The notes: generated from the sequence alone by a model not told the origin. DNA of 64,000 bases from Perkinsus chesapeaki ATCC PRA-425 (GCA_013115145.1 JAAPAO010000113.1:8810-72809), one strand, 5' to 3'; counted from the first letter of the stretch, positions 11,872 through 26,400 are shown. Numbers and translations are program-made.

Positions 11872-12446
11872 TTGAGAAGAGAGGAACCTAAGGATGGAAG
11901 TATGGGATATCCGAACTGGCTAGTTGCTTCCGAAACACTTCATTCTTGAAATGCGCTTGACGCAAGACCACGCCAAACCGTTTCGTCTGTCGCCGAAATT
12001 GCAGCGCACGCCACGCGACACAGGCAATGGGACGTGGGACACGTGACGTGGCAAGGCAACCCCGCTGGTATTGGGTCAGGATCGATGCTGTACAGTATAG
12101 AACCGTTCTGCAGGTGTTGCTGTACCAAGCTGAGCAACTACGAGAATCCCAGTCCTAAACACAATGCACATGTGACGGGCCCACTATCCGCGCAAGCATG
12201 TGGCCTGAATTAAGCCATCGCATGATAGGGCAAATTAGAGCGAAAATAATAGTTATCAAGACCGGTTCGAGTACATAGGCCGTGATACATTGGCCGAGGA
12301 AACCATTCAGTCCGAGATGTGCGAGCGCGTTACTTGTGAAACAAGAGGCTTCTGCGTAAGATGCGATCACAAGACAAGATACTCTCTATAAAAAAATAAT
12401 AAAGATAAGCCTCTCGCGGTAAGGTCGACATAAATGCCAGTACTAA

Positions 12447-12528
12447 GACACTTTGGCCGAGTGGTTAAGGCGGCGGCCTGCTAAGCCGTTGGGCTCTGCC
12501 CGCGAGGGTTCGAATCCCTCAGGTGTCG
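12447..12528 (+). tRNA. trnS-GCT: tRNA-Ser(GCT)
   Basis: Acceptor stem GACACTT/AGGTGTC, D-loop TGGCCGAGTGGTTAAGGC, anticodon loop CTGCTAA, long variable arm GGGCTCTGCCC, T-loop GGTTCGAATCC. Confidence 0.97.
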
Positions 12529-13018
12529 CAAATTTCGAAATGCTTGTGACAGGCTTCGGTATATGGAGCGATGAACCTCGCCCCTGGTGTGCTTCTGGCG
12601 TGGAGCGACCCAAAAGACGGCCAAATATTAGTTCACTTTAGCAGGGGAAAACTCGGAGACCTGGCTCTCGAGTCTAACCTGCAATATCCCTTCCCTTTAG
12701 CTAGTTAATCGATAATAAATCTTAAACCCTATAGCTAATTCAAGGTCATGTACGGCATGTACAATATACATTGTATATACTGCACGTTAGACACACTATC
12801 TATGTCCGGGAGGGATACGACAAGTGTGCGCGAACCTGTAGCTGCAAAGAAAATATACGCAGTATACGTAAATGCGTAATGGTAACGCGTAGTGGTAGGT
12901 GTTCAGCATATAGATCAAGGTATTCGAGCGCGAGCGTATAATTGAGCTCGGCAAAAGTAGAAGTTTGTCAAGAAAAATGTAGAGCAGGTCATCACTCCAA
13001 ACTCAAGCATGCAGTTGC

Positions 13019-16000
13019 TCAATCTTCGAAACGTTGCTCATCAAGCGACTGTGCTAAATGAGCCAGTTCTCCGGACGATATACCATCCGCTCTAGCTGAC
13101 GCAAAAACTCTGCCCTCGATGTCGCGCCAGACCAAGAAAAACCCATGGTAACTAAATACAAAAACAGAAGTAAAGATGTGTGCGGAAGCTTTGTTGCGCA
13201 AAGTTCCTCTTCCTCAAGTCATAGAAAGTACTACTCAGGCTGAATGACGCTACATTCAGCAAGAACCGGCAATGTCAGTGTTTCGGAGGGAGCCTCTCGC
13301 TAGACACTCTACTTGGTAGAGCCCATACCCTTACCCGGTAACTGGCAGATCTCCCTCCACAATCTCAGCTATGAAAGTATTGACACCACTATCAAGTACG
13401 ACCTTTCTTCCTGAGACGGCGCGGACTGATGCCAATAATAGAGAAGTATCTTCAAAACAACTTCACCATTGGACAACAGCGACCACTCACCTCCTCCGTC
13501 TGAATATCCATCGCTCATTTGCCGCGTCCCACCACCTTCTCGAGCCTCTTGGGACGCTCCGATAAGATCTTCAATTTCCTCAATTTCGCACGATTGCGCG
13601 GCGTTTTCGCTGCCACTACTGAGAGTGATTGCGCTCACTGGAGTGATCTCTGTAATTCTCTGTATCCCTCCTTCATCTTCCATTGGCTGCGTGACAGATA
13701 TCTCCGATGCCTCAGCCGTCCGAACCCTCTTGGCCAGTCGCAGTTCGCTGGGTTCTCCTGAACCACACGAGCTACTCTGCGGCCTCTCCTGGAGGGGCCC
13801 TGCGCTAACAGCTCTGCATTCCGTCCGGTCCTGTGATGACGTAAGCTCTTGTTTCACTGCAGGGGGGCAGTGAAGCATCGTCATACTCGTACTAGATGGA
13901 TGAATGTATGAAGGTACACCCCGATTAACATTCTGATTCGTCGGCCGTACTGTATTGGTTGCCAAGGGGTTTTGACATCCCATCGACGGAGCCATTTGCC
14001 CATGGTTATCATATGAGCTTGATGTAGCCGTAGACACTCGCTGCAGACTCGACCTTGATACATGATCATCATCACCGAATACAGGCAGAGAAGAAGCCCC
14101 TCTGGACAAGGTAGCTCTGGCCTCGCCTGGCTGGTGGACTGCGGAGCTCGCTACGCTATTAGACGGCATAGTCCCACCGAATATACCATCGTTCGGACCA
14201 CTGTTGGGCATACCATTATGACACCTGTCTCTAGTATCGGCCATGGTCTGCGGGTCTAGCTGAGCTCTGGCTTCTCTGCCACCTTCGGTGGCTAGATTGG
14301 GCTGTGGCGCGGCAGATGCTGTCTGCGTGCTTGAGCGGGAAATCGGTTCCGAATCGGTGGGAGCAGCAAGTCGTAGAGGATCCGCTCGAGCTATCTTTTC
14401 CGAAAGTGATCGCTTATAACTGATCTGCAACTGTGGGCAGAATCCACCGAGGAACTTCACGTGACACGGATACAAAAGAACGCATGCCGCGCACACGTCG
14501 GGGGACCCTAACTAGAAAATGAGAGGACAGGCAGAGCTCGAAGCTCACCAGAGATAATTAACTTTGCTCCTGGCAACCTGCCAAGCTGCTGTGGTATCTC
14601 GTTGATAAAGACGACCTCTATCGCTGTTATGCGGCGGACCCCATCAGTAAGCATCATTTTCAAGACTCTGTTCTTGGAGCCGTTCGAGCCTGGCAGCAGG
14701 GACATAAGGAAATCAAATGTTACCCAGAAGAAACGCATATGAAGTTGGATTGGTCAGGGAGAATATTTCCTAACAAAATTTATATTGTATAGTATCTCCG
14801 CAGTGAGAACACTTTTCGGCCCCCGTGGAAAACAGTATTAATGCTTGAGGCCCGAGTAACGATGTACCTCTCGTAGCTGAAAGTATCTCGTAAAGTGGTG
14901 AAGAATGACCCTATAGCTATCACGAGGGACAAGACGCCCTGAAGGATCCTTTTAATGATCATAATACAATATATGAACGTCAGAATAGAAATGCCACTGA
15001 TGGGGTGAAATGCAGACGTTGAGGCGCATCCTCTTTACTTTCAGTTGCTTCGTCTATAACAGCGTTGGCGGTATCATCAGCGAAAGGATCAGGTGAGCTC
15101 GTTGTTGGTAGTTGATGAAACTTGATTGGCTTTGAGACGTCTACAAAATCTTCAATCATTACGAAGTGGCGACCTGGTAGCACCTACCATTGAAGGAGTC
15201 GACGACGAACGATCAGAGTGAACAGGACCGAGCTGGAATGTAACTATTTCATTAGTGTAAGATAAGCTCAATAATATCGATAACTATTCCGCCTTACAAT
15301 ATATCAGTTACTAATTGTAAATAATATATGAAGTGTCGTGAAAAGCTTACGTCCGTCTTTGCTTCGCTCAATCAAAAATGCTAGTGTTGGCACACGACCT
15401 CAACTAGGTAAGATGGTTCACGTTCAGAATCAACCAAAACAACTATACTGAGATCTGAAGTCCTCATAGACTTCTAAAAAGGTTGATGTCATTCGACAAA
15501 TCCATTCAACACCATTGCAGAGCAATATATCGAATGATTAGTCCAACTTTTGGACACAAACTAGTAGGCAATCAAACGGCTACAGAGTGAATGACCTACA
15601 CCATCTTGTCCTAGTTGAGGCAAAGACCCCGCGGCTATACAGTCAGCTAGGTGACTGTTCATCAAAGCAGACAGCCCCGCATTTACCTGAGCAAATAAAT
15701 TCAGATACTTCAACGTGGGCAACCTTCACAGAGTGGTAACCGGCGTCTTGCGTTAATTCTATGTACTTTATTTATTAAAGCGCGGCGAAGGCTGCCCAAG
15801 AAAATCAGCACTTCTTTTGATATCCTCGGGACGGGCACTATGTGTTTAAAACAAAGGAGTTACCGGAGGAGCTTTGATTAAGTTATGTTAAATGTACTCT
15901 CACCTAACCCACTGCACTCACATCATCACCGACACTCTCAATCCACTCAGGCTTGGGCGACAGACCGAGCTCGGCGACTTTAGCCGCAAGCATGCCTACC

Positions 16001-16026
16001 TCAGAAACTGATAGGACAGCAATCAT
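13019..16026 (-). CDS. RMI1: RMI1-like protein (RecQ-mediated genome instability 1; N-terminal OB fold plus long low-complexity region), multi-exon
   Basis: Exons in order: LGLSPKPEWIESV; ALMNSHLADCIAAGSLP; LPGRHFVMIEDFVDVSKP; RVLKMMLTDGVRRITAIE..LPGAKLII; VLLYPCHVKFLGGFCPQL. These match the RMI1 N-terminal/OB motifs. Start and last exons are approximate. Confidence 0.75.
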
Positions 16027-16339
16027 TTCGAGCCTGTGATAGGCTCTCAGCGTGGTGATTGTCTGTTTAGTGCGATGATGGCTGTGATTTTTCATACCGT
16101 ATTTCTCTCAACTTCGCGATTCAAGTCACTCGAATAGGTTCAATTCTTTATCTTGATTTTGTCATCACCGAGTGTTACGTCTAACAACTTGAAACACAAG
16201 GTGCAATCCATACAGGAACTTTGTGTACATACTATGCTACTGCCGACAGCAAGAGTGAGAGAGATATACGAAAAAAAACACTGAAGTATCTTAGTGGCAC
16301 TCAGTATGCCAGCAGCAGCAGCCGAGCTCGGTCTCATTG

Positions 16340-18891
16340 CTACGAGGAACCTTCCAATCGACGTAACGAGTCGAGGTCGGGATACCGCACTCGAAATCCT
16401 CCAATCATCCGCTCTGGTAACTCATCCTGGCATACAAGCAATAATATACCCATGCCTATGAATACTAATCCCATAGCTTCATCAAACTCAAATTGATAAG
16501 TGTAAATCGATGTTGAAGAATTAACCAAAACATAGGCTTTGAATGCTTGAAATGCTACGAGTCCAACGACTTCCCATCATTGCTTTTGCGGCTTAGTTAG
16601 GCCACAAATAGTACAATATCTAATTTTATTTTTATGTTAGACACACAGTGTGTTTAAAGCCCGCCACCACTAGTTGTGGTTCGACCGGATCCAACGGAAG
16701 TTGCGATAGTTATATTGAGTAGTCTCACCCGTACTTTGTGCAACTTTCCAACAACTCGGTCCAAAAGTTCGACTATTAACTCACACACGCCTTAAATGGC
16801 CCTGCCAATCCATGAGATTTAACTGGTCCTGTAGTAGCGCTCAATGGCATACACAATGGGTTAGCTAGATACTGTTATTTTATAAGCATGAGCAGGGATA
16901 GTGTCTTTAATACTTACATCAGATTCACCCTCTATCACAAAACCTATATCAATAACAAGCTTCTTAGCGGCGTCGGTAACCTAATAAGATACTAAACAAC
17001 AGGAAGTCATCGAATGATACAAAATGTTAGTCGAATGATTCCATTCCGGCCGTCGGAATCCCTGGGGGTGCTCTAGGAACATATTTTGGGAAAGAAAGTC
17101 ACCACCGTATCCCCCTATTTTAGCATTTTTCATAAGACCAGATGAATCCCTGCAAAGATTCTATTCCCCACATGACTCACCAATGAGACTATATGTCGTG
17201 CCAATTGGCTTGAATAAACATCGATCGACACCTCCATATAGCGGTAACCATCAAAGTACTGCGTATCGATCTTAGTACCGATTATGGCAGGGGTCTCGCC
17301 AATAGCCTACACCAAGAACATATGGCGTTGCAATGTCAACTTAGGCTCGAGGTAAGGTGAAAAATGAACCGTAATTTCGTAAGATTCTTCCAAAAATTTC
17401 ATTCTGTCACGGACAAGTTTAGCATCACGAAGTTTTCCCGAATTGATCTGAATTATTCCGTAATTTCCCAATCGCGAATTCCGGCCACAGAAGCTCGCCA
17501 TGTGCATGCGTGCTTACTCGTTTCACAATCCAAGGTCCCTCAACAACACGGGGAATAACTTTCAAACGCTTGTTGCGCTCCTCGGTGTCCATAGCAATAA
17601 ATCGGTGGAATAGTCTAGCATAGGGCTGAAAGGGGGGCAAATAGAGGATCAACTAAAGAGGCATATCTTACTTCGTCCGCTGTGAAAATGTCACCACGAA
17701 GGTCTACAGTAAAAGTGAGAACGAACTGAACAGGTGTCATTTGCCAGTTAATAACGAATACGAACCTGCTGGTGGAATGATACACTCACTGCAGTGTTGA
17801 ATCGTAATACTTCATGAGTCACTAAAACCGGAAGTGCACTTTAAACCCTCTCACAGCTGTGACTGTGTCCATATTATCAGTATAGGAATGTACACTCACT
17901 TCTTGGGATTCTCCTTCCATATCCGATGAGCTTCACATCGACTATCATTTACTGCACACGGAACTGCTCGAGAAGTCTGGAAGGCGTCGAAAGATTCTAC
18001 ACCAACAAGCGCTATCATTTCACTTCGTAAAATATCGCTCTTCTGCGTCACCTAAGGTCATCAAGGCCGGTCCGCTGGGGAACTTTTGTTGGTCGTATTG
18101 ATACAGATCGCCCCGAACGTTCATTGTTGTGCAATCGAGTCTGTCCCTATGGCAAAAACAACGTGTAGGATGCGCCGCCAGTGTGGTTGGGTTAACACCG
18201 ACGAAAAAAAATGCGACTACGCTTCTTCAACAGAATTGAAATATACAATTGTATATATATTACTCTTATATATAGGCGATTTCTCTATGTAACGATTTTC
18301 TTTGTTCAACCATTACTCAGAGCCTAATTCTAATATCATAATGATGAAGCATTAGAAAGAGCTCACGAAGAGCTTCAAGTTGGTACCTTACTTCACTCGT
18401 AACTTTCACGCGCCCAAAAATATGAGGCATGGGCCATTTTTTTCGCATCACCCTGTATATTTTATATATTGCTGATTGTATACAATTGTGCTCTTAAAAG
18501 TAGTTGTGTAAGATGTATCCTCCTTTATCGTTCGCTTAGTACTTTTCTACTCACTACAGAACCCCACCAAAACGCCCCCCTGGAACTTATCAGCTCATAG
18601 TTAAGATACTCTCAACTCTCAAAAACATCAACGGCTCGGAATTCTTGCCATCCGGGAGACTCACCATGTGTTTTCAGCTGTCTCATCGCTGCTCCACTGC
18701 AGTACACCATGCGGGGACCCATCCCGACTGGCCGATGTCGATGAAGATGCCGTCGTTCCTGATAACAATGACCTGCCAGCCCCCAGCTATTCGGGCTGGC
18801 CCTCACCATAATAATGTTGCTGAAGATGACGTTCCCTTTTATCGACTTCCTCATCATCACCATTTACCGAGTCCTCAACACTGCCCTCCAT
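16340..18891 (-). CDS. EDR2_C/DUF1336 domain protein, copy A, multi-exon
   Basis: Exons: AENTW|DRLDCTTMNVRGDLYQYDQQK; FVFVINWQMTP; NKRLKVIPRVVEGPWIVKR; AIGETPAIIGTKI..YMEVSIDVYSSQLARHIVSL; AAKKLVIDIGFVIEGESD; ELPERMIGGFRVRYPDL. The 5' structure is ambiguous (see finding). Confidence 0.8.
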
Positions 18892-19436
18892 CGCAGGTGC
18901 AAACATATGGTTAAACTCGTATACGAAAACTAAGCGGTACTATCTCTGACATAATCCTACCTACTATGTTACAGATTGCTAAGATCTACTAGATTAATCA
19001 GATATCCGATTGATCATATGAATCCGAACAGCTACGATCATCGGGGTTGCTCATGAGCTAGATAACGTCACTGGCTCCCTCTTGGCGTTAATATCCTAAT
19101 TTATTAGGTAGCCAAATATAGATACTTCACTAACAAGGTGCCCATGACCTAGACGAGAATAGGTCATCCTTGAATGTACTTGATAGTTCATTTAATCTTT
19201 ATGACTATACAGAATTCGTGCCAAATCGACAAAGCTCTGCTCAACTGGAAAACGCAACCATAAAGATAAGATAGATGCGAAAAGCTGCAATTTTATGGCG
19301 CGTGAGAACTCGCCATAAAGCCCGTGATAAAGTATAAACAGTTTTTGGATTAATCTTACATTCGAAAAAATGGTCTACATTTGTCAAGAGAATCTTCATG
19401 TCGACCGCGTAAGATACCAAATAGGTTAAATCAATG

Positions 19437-22400
19437 CTAACTCTCATCTGTCACCGCACCGCACTGCACTCGGCGTGTTAATGTCAAATCAGGATATCGT
19501 ATTCTAAACCCTCCAATCATCCGTTCTGGTAGTTCATCCTAAATCGATCAGCTGGGCGAGCGCTAAATTCATGCATACAGTCTACCTCCGCTTGGCCTTC
19601 AATCACAAAGCCTACATCGATAACTAGCTTTTTAGCAGCACCCACAACCTGAACAACATCATATCGCATTAGTCAGCCCAACAGCAGCTCATGCGGAAAA
19701 TGTTCATTTCAAACGTAATGTCAGTTTCTCAAGCGTTTCAAGTCATAGTCGAAGTCATTGGGAGGATTAATTCCACCTCGGAAGATTCACAACAGCATGG
19801 ATAATCTTACCAGAGACAAGGTGTGCTTGGCAGCAACGCTTGAGAATACGTCAATGGATGCTTCGACAAAGCGATCGCCAGAGTGATGTTCTGTAATGAG
19901 CTTTCGACCGATAATGGTGGGCGTTTGGCCAACTGCCTGAAGTAGAAAAGCTCTACATGTTACTGACGATCAGTTCATGAGGGGAAGGAGTTGCTCCGAA
20001 TGGCTTTCCACCAGAGGTAGACTGGGGACACTCAAGCGGGATAGAATGTCCTCCCTCCGGTCTGCGCACTGTAAATATTGTGAGAAGTATCCTTTAACGG
20101 TTTCATACACAGCTAATATACACCGCAAGTACATGTATATGAAGCATTGGCAACGCTGCTCGCCAGTCCTGTTGATGCGAGTATCTACCCCTACCCCCGA
20201 TCGGTAACATCAACTTCTATCGCGGATTCCCCCCTCAAGTGAAATGCGGATCTTACTTTCTTAACAAGCCATGGCCCTTCAACGACTCGAGGGATAACTT
20301 TCAACTTGGAGTTCTTATCATCATCACCGTCCAACTCTATATACCGACGGAATGCTTTAGCATATGGCTGAAATAACGTCAGTGGGAATAGAACCAGGGT
20401 CAAAGGGTTACGAAACAACCTCCTTAACTATTAGACTAACCTTATCCGATGTGAAGAGGTCGTTATTCAAATCCACAGAGTACGTCACAGCGAGCTGCAG
20501 TGGAAACATCCTCCAATTGATCACGAAGTAGAATCTGCACAAATCCTTTCAGAATCCTCGACACTGCAATTGAAATACCAAAAAACCTATATGATACTTT
20601 GAAGAAATAGAAGAGATAAAAGAATCTCCAAAACTGTTCCAAAAAAAGTCCTAGACTCGATTCCCTCAGAACTTATCCCGTCAAAGCAGCTTATACAAGC
20701 TGACACACAAGGTTCTCTTGTGCGAGTTTATTGAGCAATTCTAGGAAGCTTTCTCAATTTGCGTTTCCCTACCTCTCAGGGTTCTTCTTCCAGAGCCAAT
20801 GAGCTTTACAGTGTGGGTCCTGAGTTGCACAGAAGATCTCTTTATCGGTGTAAAAGAGGTCGAATGAATCTAAAACGGCAATAATAGCTACAATGTCTAA
20901 TCACCACAATGCGAGCTTCTGTGAAACATTTTTGAAGTTGCCGCCGTGAGATGTCAAGAAATAATGGTGGTTCGGCCACCCTAACTTTGGGATTCGGTTC
21001 ACTGAAGCATTTCATAACGACGACCGACGACTCGCTAGCATTCTGCCCAACGCATACGTACAGATTATGCTCCAATTACTCCCAGTAATGGAACAACGGA
21101 TGCGCACTACTACTAGATACTCATATACTATAATATTTTTATATGGTATGATATTTATATCTGTACTGTGATCTAAAAAGTTATAATATATACTTTAATA
21201 AATAGTAATAATAACAGTAATACTTTATCCATATAAATACATATATTTTATTAATAATATCCACAGCTTTCTCTCCTAATCTCCAACCACGAGGTTACTC
21301 ATCAGTATACTCCAGATTCTCTAAGCTCGGGAGGACATACGACACGAATACCCAAGTGGAGTGGTTGCTATGCTTCAACTACAGAATTATCTTCATCATA
21401 CTCACGGCGCAAAGTCTGTCTATTGGTTAAAGGGACTACCAACTACCGGATTTCCCGACTTGGCATATAAATAGATACTAGACACCCACCTAATCTCATG
21501 ATAGCTTCATCACTTGCCTCCTTCAATCTGTCAGTTAGATAGCTCCCGCCTCTCACTTGCATCGTCGAACAGTCTATACAGTCCCTGAAATACGTTACCA
21601 TATAGAATACCAACAATAAGGATATTATTATCCTGTTTCTATAGCATAGATCATAACCTACTATCGTTCCCTCATCCACCCTAAAGTGTTATTTTTCTTA
21701 AATTGAAAAAATCGTTCATTCGAGAGAGCATATGACTCCCCGATCAAACTGATACATATAATGGATTTACCATCACCACCTTACCATGTGTTTTCAGCCT
21801 TATCATCCTCGCTCGGCTGAGGCCCCTCCTCACTATCAAGAATATCTTCGACTTTAATAACTGCCTCACCACTTCTGCTGACCTTTCCGTCAACTTCTTC
21901 ATTCACTAATCGGTAATGTAAAACATTAAACGTCTCCAAGCTCACTTTTGCCGCTGTTTTTTCTCATTCTCCTGAACTTCTCCGCCTCACCGTCACTTTC
22001 CTCGCCTTCCGAAGCAGAGTAGTATTCAGCTTCATCCATTTCCAACTCCGCACCTAAACAACTCATACCGACTTCTCCACAAACGCTCCAACATTGCTAA
22101 CCTAGCGGAGGGAATTCAATCGGTTTCACTTGCTCCTCTTCATCTAGTGCCTCGGCGACCTTCCCGTCGGCATTCGAAGGCTCGGACACTACAAGCGCCA
22201 ACAAGAGGTTCCAACACACGTCGACGGAAACATACCTTTCGCAGCAGCAGAAGCCTGCTTCCGGTGTACCCAGTGAGCATGAACCAACGAGCTCGACAGG
22301 AACTCGGTAACGTCTTCCCTAAATAAAACCAATCAGCTGGTTCGGACAGAAGATAAGCTCAATGGTCAGATAAAAACACTTCTTTAGCTTCACACTAGTG

Positions 22401-22940
22401 CACGGGCCAAACTTATAGTAAATAGTCAGTCGGTTACCTTCTGAGGAAGTTCGTGATCCAATCTGCGGTGTCGCTAACCCTTCGATCAGCAAGCGTGGTG
22501 CCACCTTCCATAAGACTGCTGCCAGATCGGCTCCTCTGACCCTCCCCAGCAGCCGACTTATCATGACGGTTATGATGGGTACTGCTACTAGTACTACTAC
22601 CTGAACGAAGAACCACTGTTATAGTCGCCACTATGACACGCTATGGCGAAACCATATAACTCATTTTCAGAGCGCAAGTGCTTTGATCAAACTCCGAGGT
22701 GAGAATGAATGAGCCATCAAGACCTCTCCACCAGGAATCGCGAACGTGTAATGAAGACCGAAAGACAGGAATTGTGTCGGCCCCACCAGAAGTTCTTAGG
22801 AACTCAGACTTGATGAGGTTCATTCGATGATAAATATTCAACAACTTACTTGTAGGGGGGCTGGTGGCAGTTGAACGAATGATGACCACAGTCTCTAAGA
22901 CTGTAGGGAAGACTCCTCGACATCTAAAAACGGTAGACAA
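19437..22940 (-). CDS. EDR2_C/DUF1336 domain protein, copy B, with longer N-terminal region, multi-exon
   Basis: Exons: AENTW|DCIDCSTMQVRGGSYLTDRLK; FYFVINWRMFP; NSKLKVIPRVVEGPWLVKK; AVGQTPTIIGRKL..FVEASIDVFSSVAAKHTLSL; AAKKLVIDVGFVIEGQAE; DELPERMIGGFRIRYPDL..ES*. The 5' end is approximate. Confidence 0.82.
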
Positions 22941-23349
22941 ATCGACGACACGTCAATGTATAAAGAGAGACGTGCTGTGGCAGCAGTAAGCATTTAAAGA
23001 AGGAAGTAGTGACCTGAGCAGTGCTACAAACTGATTTCAGTGTATCATTAAGTATCGACTATCCCTTCAGCATTCTTTCGTTGGTTTAATAGTTTAATAA
23101 TCCAGTCTAATCTTAACTTCCTTATTCTCATAATGAAGTATTATTATACACATTTGATAATATCTTTATAAATAATAAAGTGATGCTGGATAATACGAAT
23201 AGAAATGAAATTAATGAATCCTGACCGTCATAACAGATGGCCACGAGGCACCAAGAAAGAGGCTAAATTTCAACGCTCAGTGCTCAGATCCGAACCCTGT
23301 TGAAACGGCTCGGACAAGTCACCTCTGCACACGAATCAAAATTTCCATC

Positions 23350-23474
23350 GTGCTAGAAACTGTTCCCCTACGGCCAAGAATATGGCTTTAGTTCTCCCAA
23401 AAGTTCTGAGTGCTAGAAACTGTTCCCCTACGGCCAAGAATATGGCTTTAGTTCTCCCAAAAGTTCTGAGTGCT
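23350..23474. repeat. Perfect 60-nt tandem duplication
   Basis: gtgctagaaactgttcccctacggccaagaatatggctttagttctcccaaaagttctga occurs twice, followed by gtgct. Confidence 0.95.
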
Positions 23475-26400
23475 CCGTCTCATTCTGCATGCTGCACTTC
23501 TCACCTCTGAAGGACATTTTCCGGATCAACATCACCTTCTTGCCATCGGTCAAGGAACTCTGCATTACAGAACGATACAGCCTAAAAGTAAATGAATCAC
23601 GACACTACAGGACTGGTTACCTTATGAACCGTTTCACCTCCAAGGAATCTATACAGCGGCACCAGATGAATCTTTATCAGCATTATACCGCGATGACGCT
23701 TAGCCTGACATACACACACATTCGGAAACAGACTTTTAAAAACAAGAATGTGATTTTCGGGAGGGCGGAGTAAATCCTCTGAACCCTGTGTTCCTCCGTG
23801 TATTCTACAATTGGAAGCTTTGAGTCGCGATAAAGTGGTTACTATTGCGATTCACTTTCACCAATACCCGTCATCTGCCTATTTAACGCATCAAAGGTCG
23901 ATGAGGTAAAGATATTTTCTAGCTTACCTTGTCCTTCTCCGCTCGTACAAGATACTGTCGTTGCACCCATGGGGAGAATGACATTACGACCTCATCAAGT
24001 ATCTTTTCAAGTCGAACCGCCTGTTGTGTTATCCTCACATTATCGCCAGTATTCACTAAATTGCAATCAATAATAGAATCTCGTCGACTGTCAGAGCTCT
24101 ACCCGCTCGCTGTATATGTGGTAGAGACTCTTCAACTTGTAGCTTCGCCCAGCTAACCAAGAACTTCAGTCGTTTCAAGCCTGATTGAGCGGGGAGCAAT
24201 CGATGAAAAACAAAGACAACGATTAATCCAAAAACGTTGATATGCCGGACGCCGCTGTACCAACCGACAATATAGGATTGGAAGTACTGCCATACAGGCA
24301 GGTGACCCCCTCAAAAAATATGATTTTCGAATAACCTTCCCAGGAAGCTGAATCTTTGGGCAACACATGCGACGTTCAAAAGGTCCTGGGAGTGAATTCC
24401 TAATGGTGAACGACCCATGATCATGATCGATAGGGCTGGCGGACAATCTAAGTTTAAAGATTCGGCCGTTGAATTCTTAGCCCCGTCTTTTTACTCGGTC
24501 GACCACCAGAAAGTATGCTCTCAACTTCACTCGATCTTCCTGAAAAGGGGAGAAGTACTGCAAGAAGTCATCCCTAGGGGGCCTTTAACTATCATATTCA
24601 GTGAAATTCCAATATAGACAAGTTAAGAACTCGATTATTCTAATATAAATTGGAGGCTTGGCACTGAAAGTAATACATCACTCTAAGAATGACAAGTATG
24701 ACAGATATGTCCAAGTTACTTGGTACAGTGTATGTTTATGTGGTAAATGGTCGCAACATAGTAAGCAATAGAAGAAGGCTGTGGCCCTCCCTTCTCGAGA
24801 GTTTGAGTTAGATGACCGAACCCAATAATGAGTATGAGTAGCTGCTGTCCGACAGCTGCTGCTGATGTTGGAAAGATGCTACTGTTGCCTTCCGGTTACC
24901 CCCTGACCTTCCTTACAAGGGGTTGCCAAACAGGGTGGAAGAACTCGGTGAGCTGCTGGAGTGAAGTATTATAATTATACAAATTAATATCAACTAAGTT
25001 GGTCTAGTTAGATCTTGCAATGGTGTAGTTAAGAAGCAGGTTGATGATACCACAAAGCATAGCGAGTCTCCCTCTATAATTCGAGCCAATGATCCACCAC
25101 CACTTAACCGTTATGAACATAAACTATTATCCAATATTACCGTGGTGATGTCCCCCTGCTTTATTGTTGTTGTCTATCCTACTACTGCCACTGCCTTCAC
25201 TGCCAAATATGGTCTTACTGACATCACCCGAATGATCACTTGTACGCATGTCGCCTTCTGCCTGAGAAGGGATAATCATCGATAATTAGAAATATAAACA
25301 TATCGAGAATCACCATTCATACTTCATCTCCAACTATTGTCATATCAGTTATTATAATCAACGCCGACCAATTCTCAGGTTTACAATTCTATTATTATTA
25401 ATATTCCACCACATTAAGCGACGACGATTATTATGATAAACTAGGCTACCACCACGGGAACTCAATCCATCACATTTAAAACATAACCGTGCTAGCGTTC
25501 GAGCAGCAGCTATCACAGCTATAGCTGCTACTAGCTACTTCTTTGAAACAGGTGACTATGTGCTACCACTACTCGAAGGAACTTTGAAAACGGCTTTCTC
25601 GGCTCGATGAGGAGGAGGAGATACGAGTTTCAATATTTCGGCAAGTACGTCCAGCAGTTAATGAAACGCTATGGAAAGGCCGCTTTCAAAGGCCGCAAAG
25701 GAAGCCTTAATGGAATCTCAAACGCCCTCCTTCTTAGCGGCCCAACATCTGAGCACTATGTAAACATAAGGTTAGGAGGAGGAGGATCCAGCGGAGAATC
25801 ACACTGCTATGTCCGATCATCATTCACGAACTAGGCCTAACCCGCGCCCTCTATATTACAGCTTTAACTTCCCTCCTGCCTTTATCTCTCATATACTTCC
25901 ATGCCGTCCCAGCCCCTACAGCTGCAGCACCGGCTACTGCTAATGGTGATGCGAAAACCTACAACAAAGAACAACAGGAATTTAGTCTACTTAACGTGGT
26001 CGAACATGACCCAGCATCCACCTTCTTCTATAATCCCTACTAGGGACCGTTATTCATATTATAAAATGATTATATATGATTGATTCCTACTAATACTGGC
26101 ATAATGACTATTATTCTAAAGCCCTTATCCGCTTCACAGACTTAACGAAAAGTGCAACTGCTGCTGCTCATAATCGGCATTATAATTCAATTCCTATAAT
26201 GACCAAGTTCACACACATTCATCGTTCACAGGGCGACAGCCTGTCTCGCCTAGCAATTGAGGGCAAGTTATTTCAGATACCGCCACCCTGACGAACTCGG
26301 TGAGCTCTTTCTAAAGATCGTGAGCGATAACGAAACAAAGGGGAAGCTGCCTGATTATCGGCATGCTCCCCTCCTCCTTAAACTACCATAAAGCTTCCGA

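Noticed and set aside
23350-23474. Direct repeats here and at 55092-55164 as CRISPR-like arrays
   Set aside because: Head-to-tail with no spacers, eukaryotic context, no cas genes.
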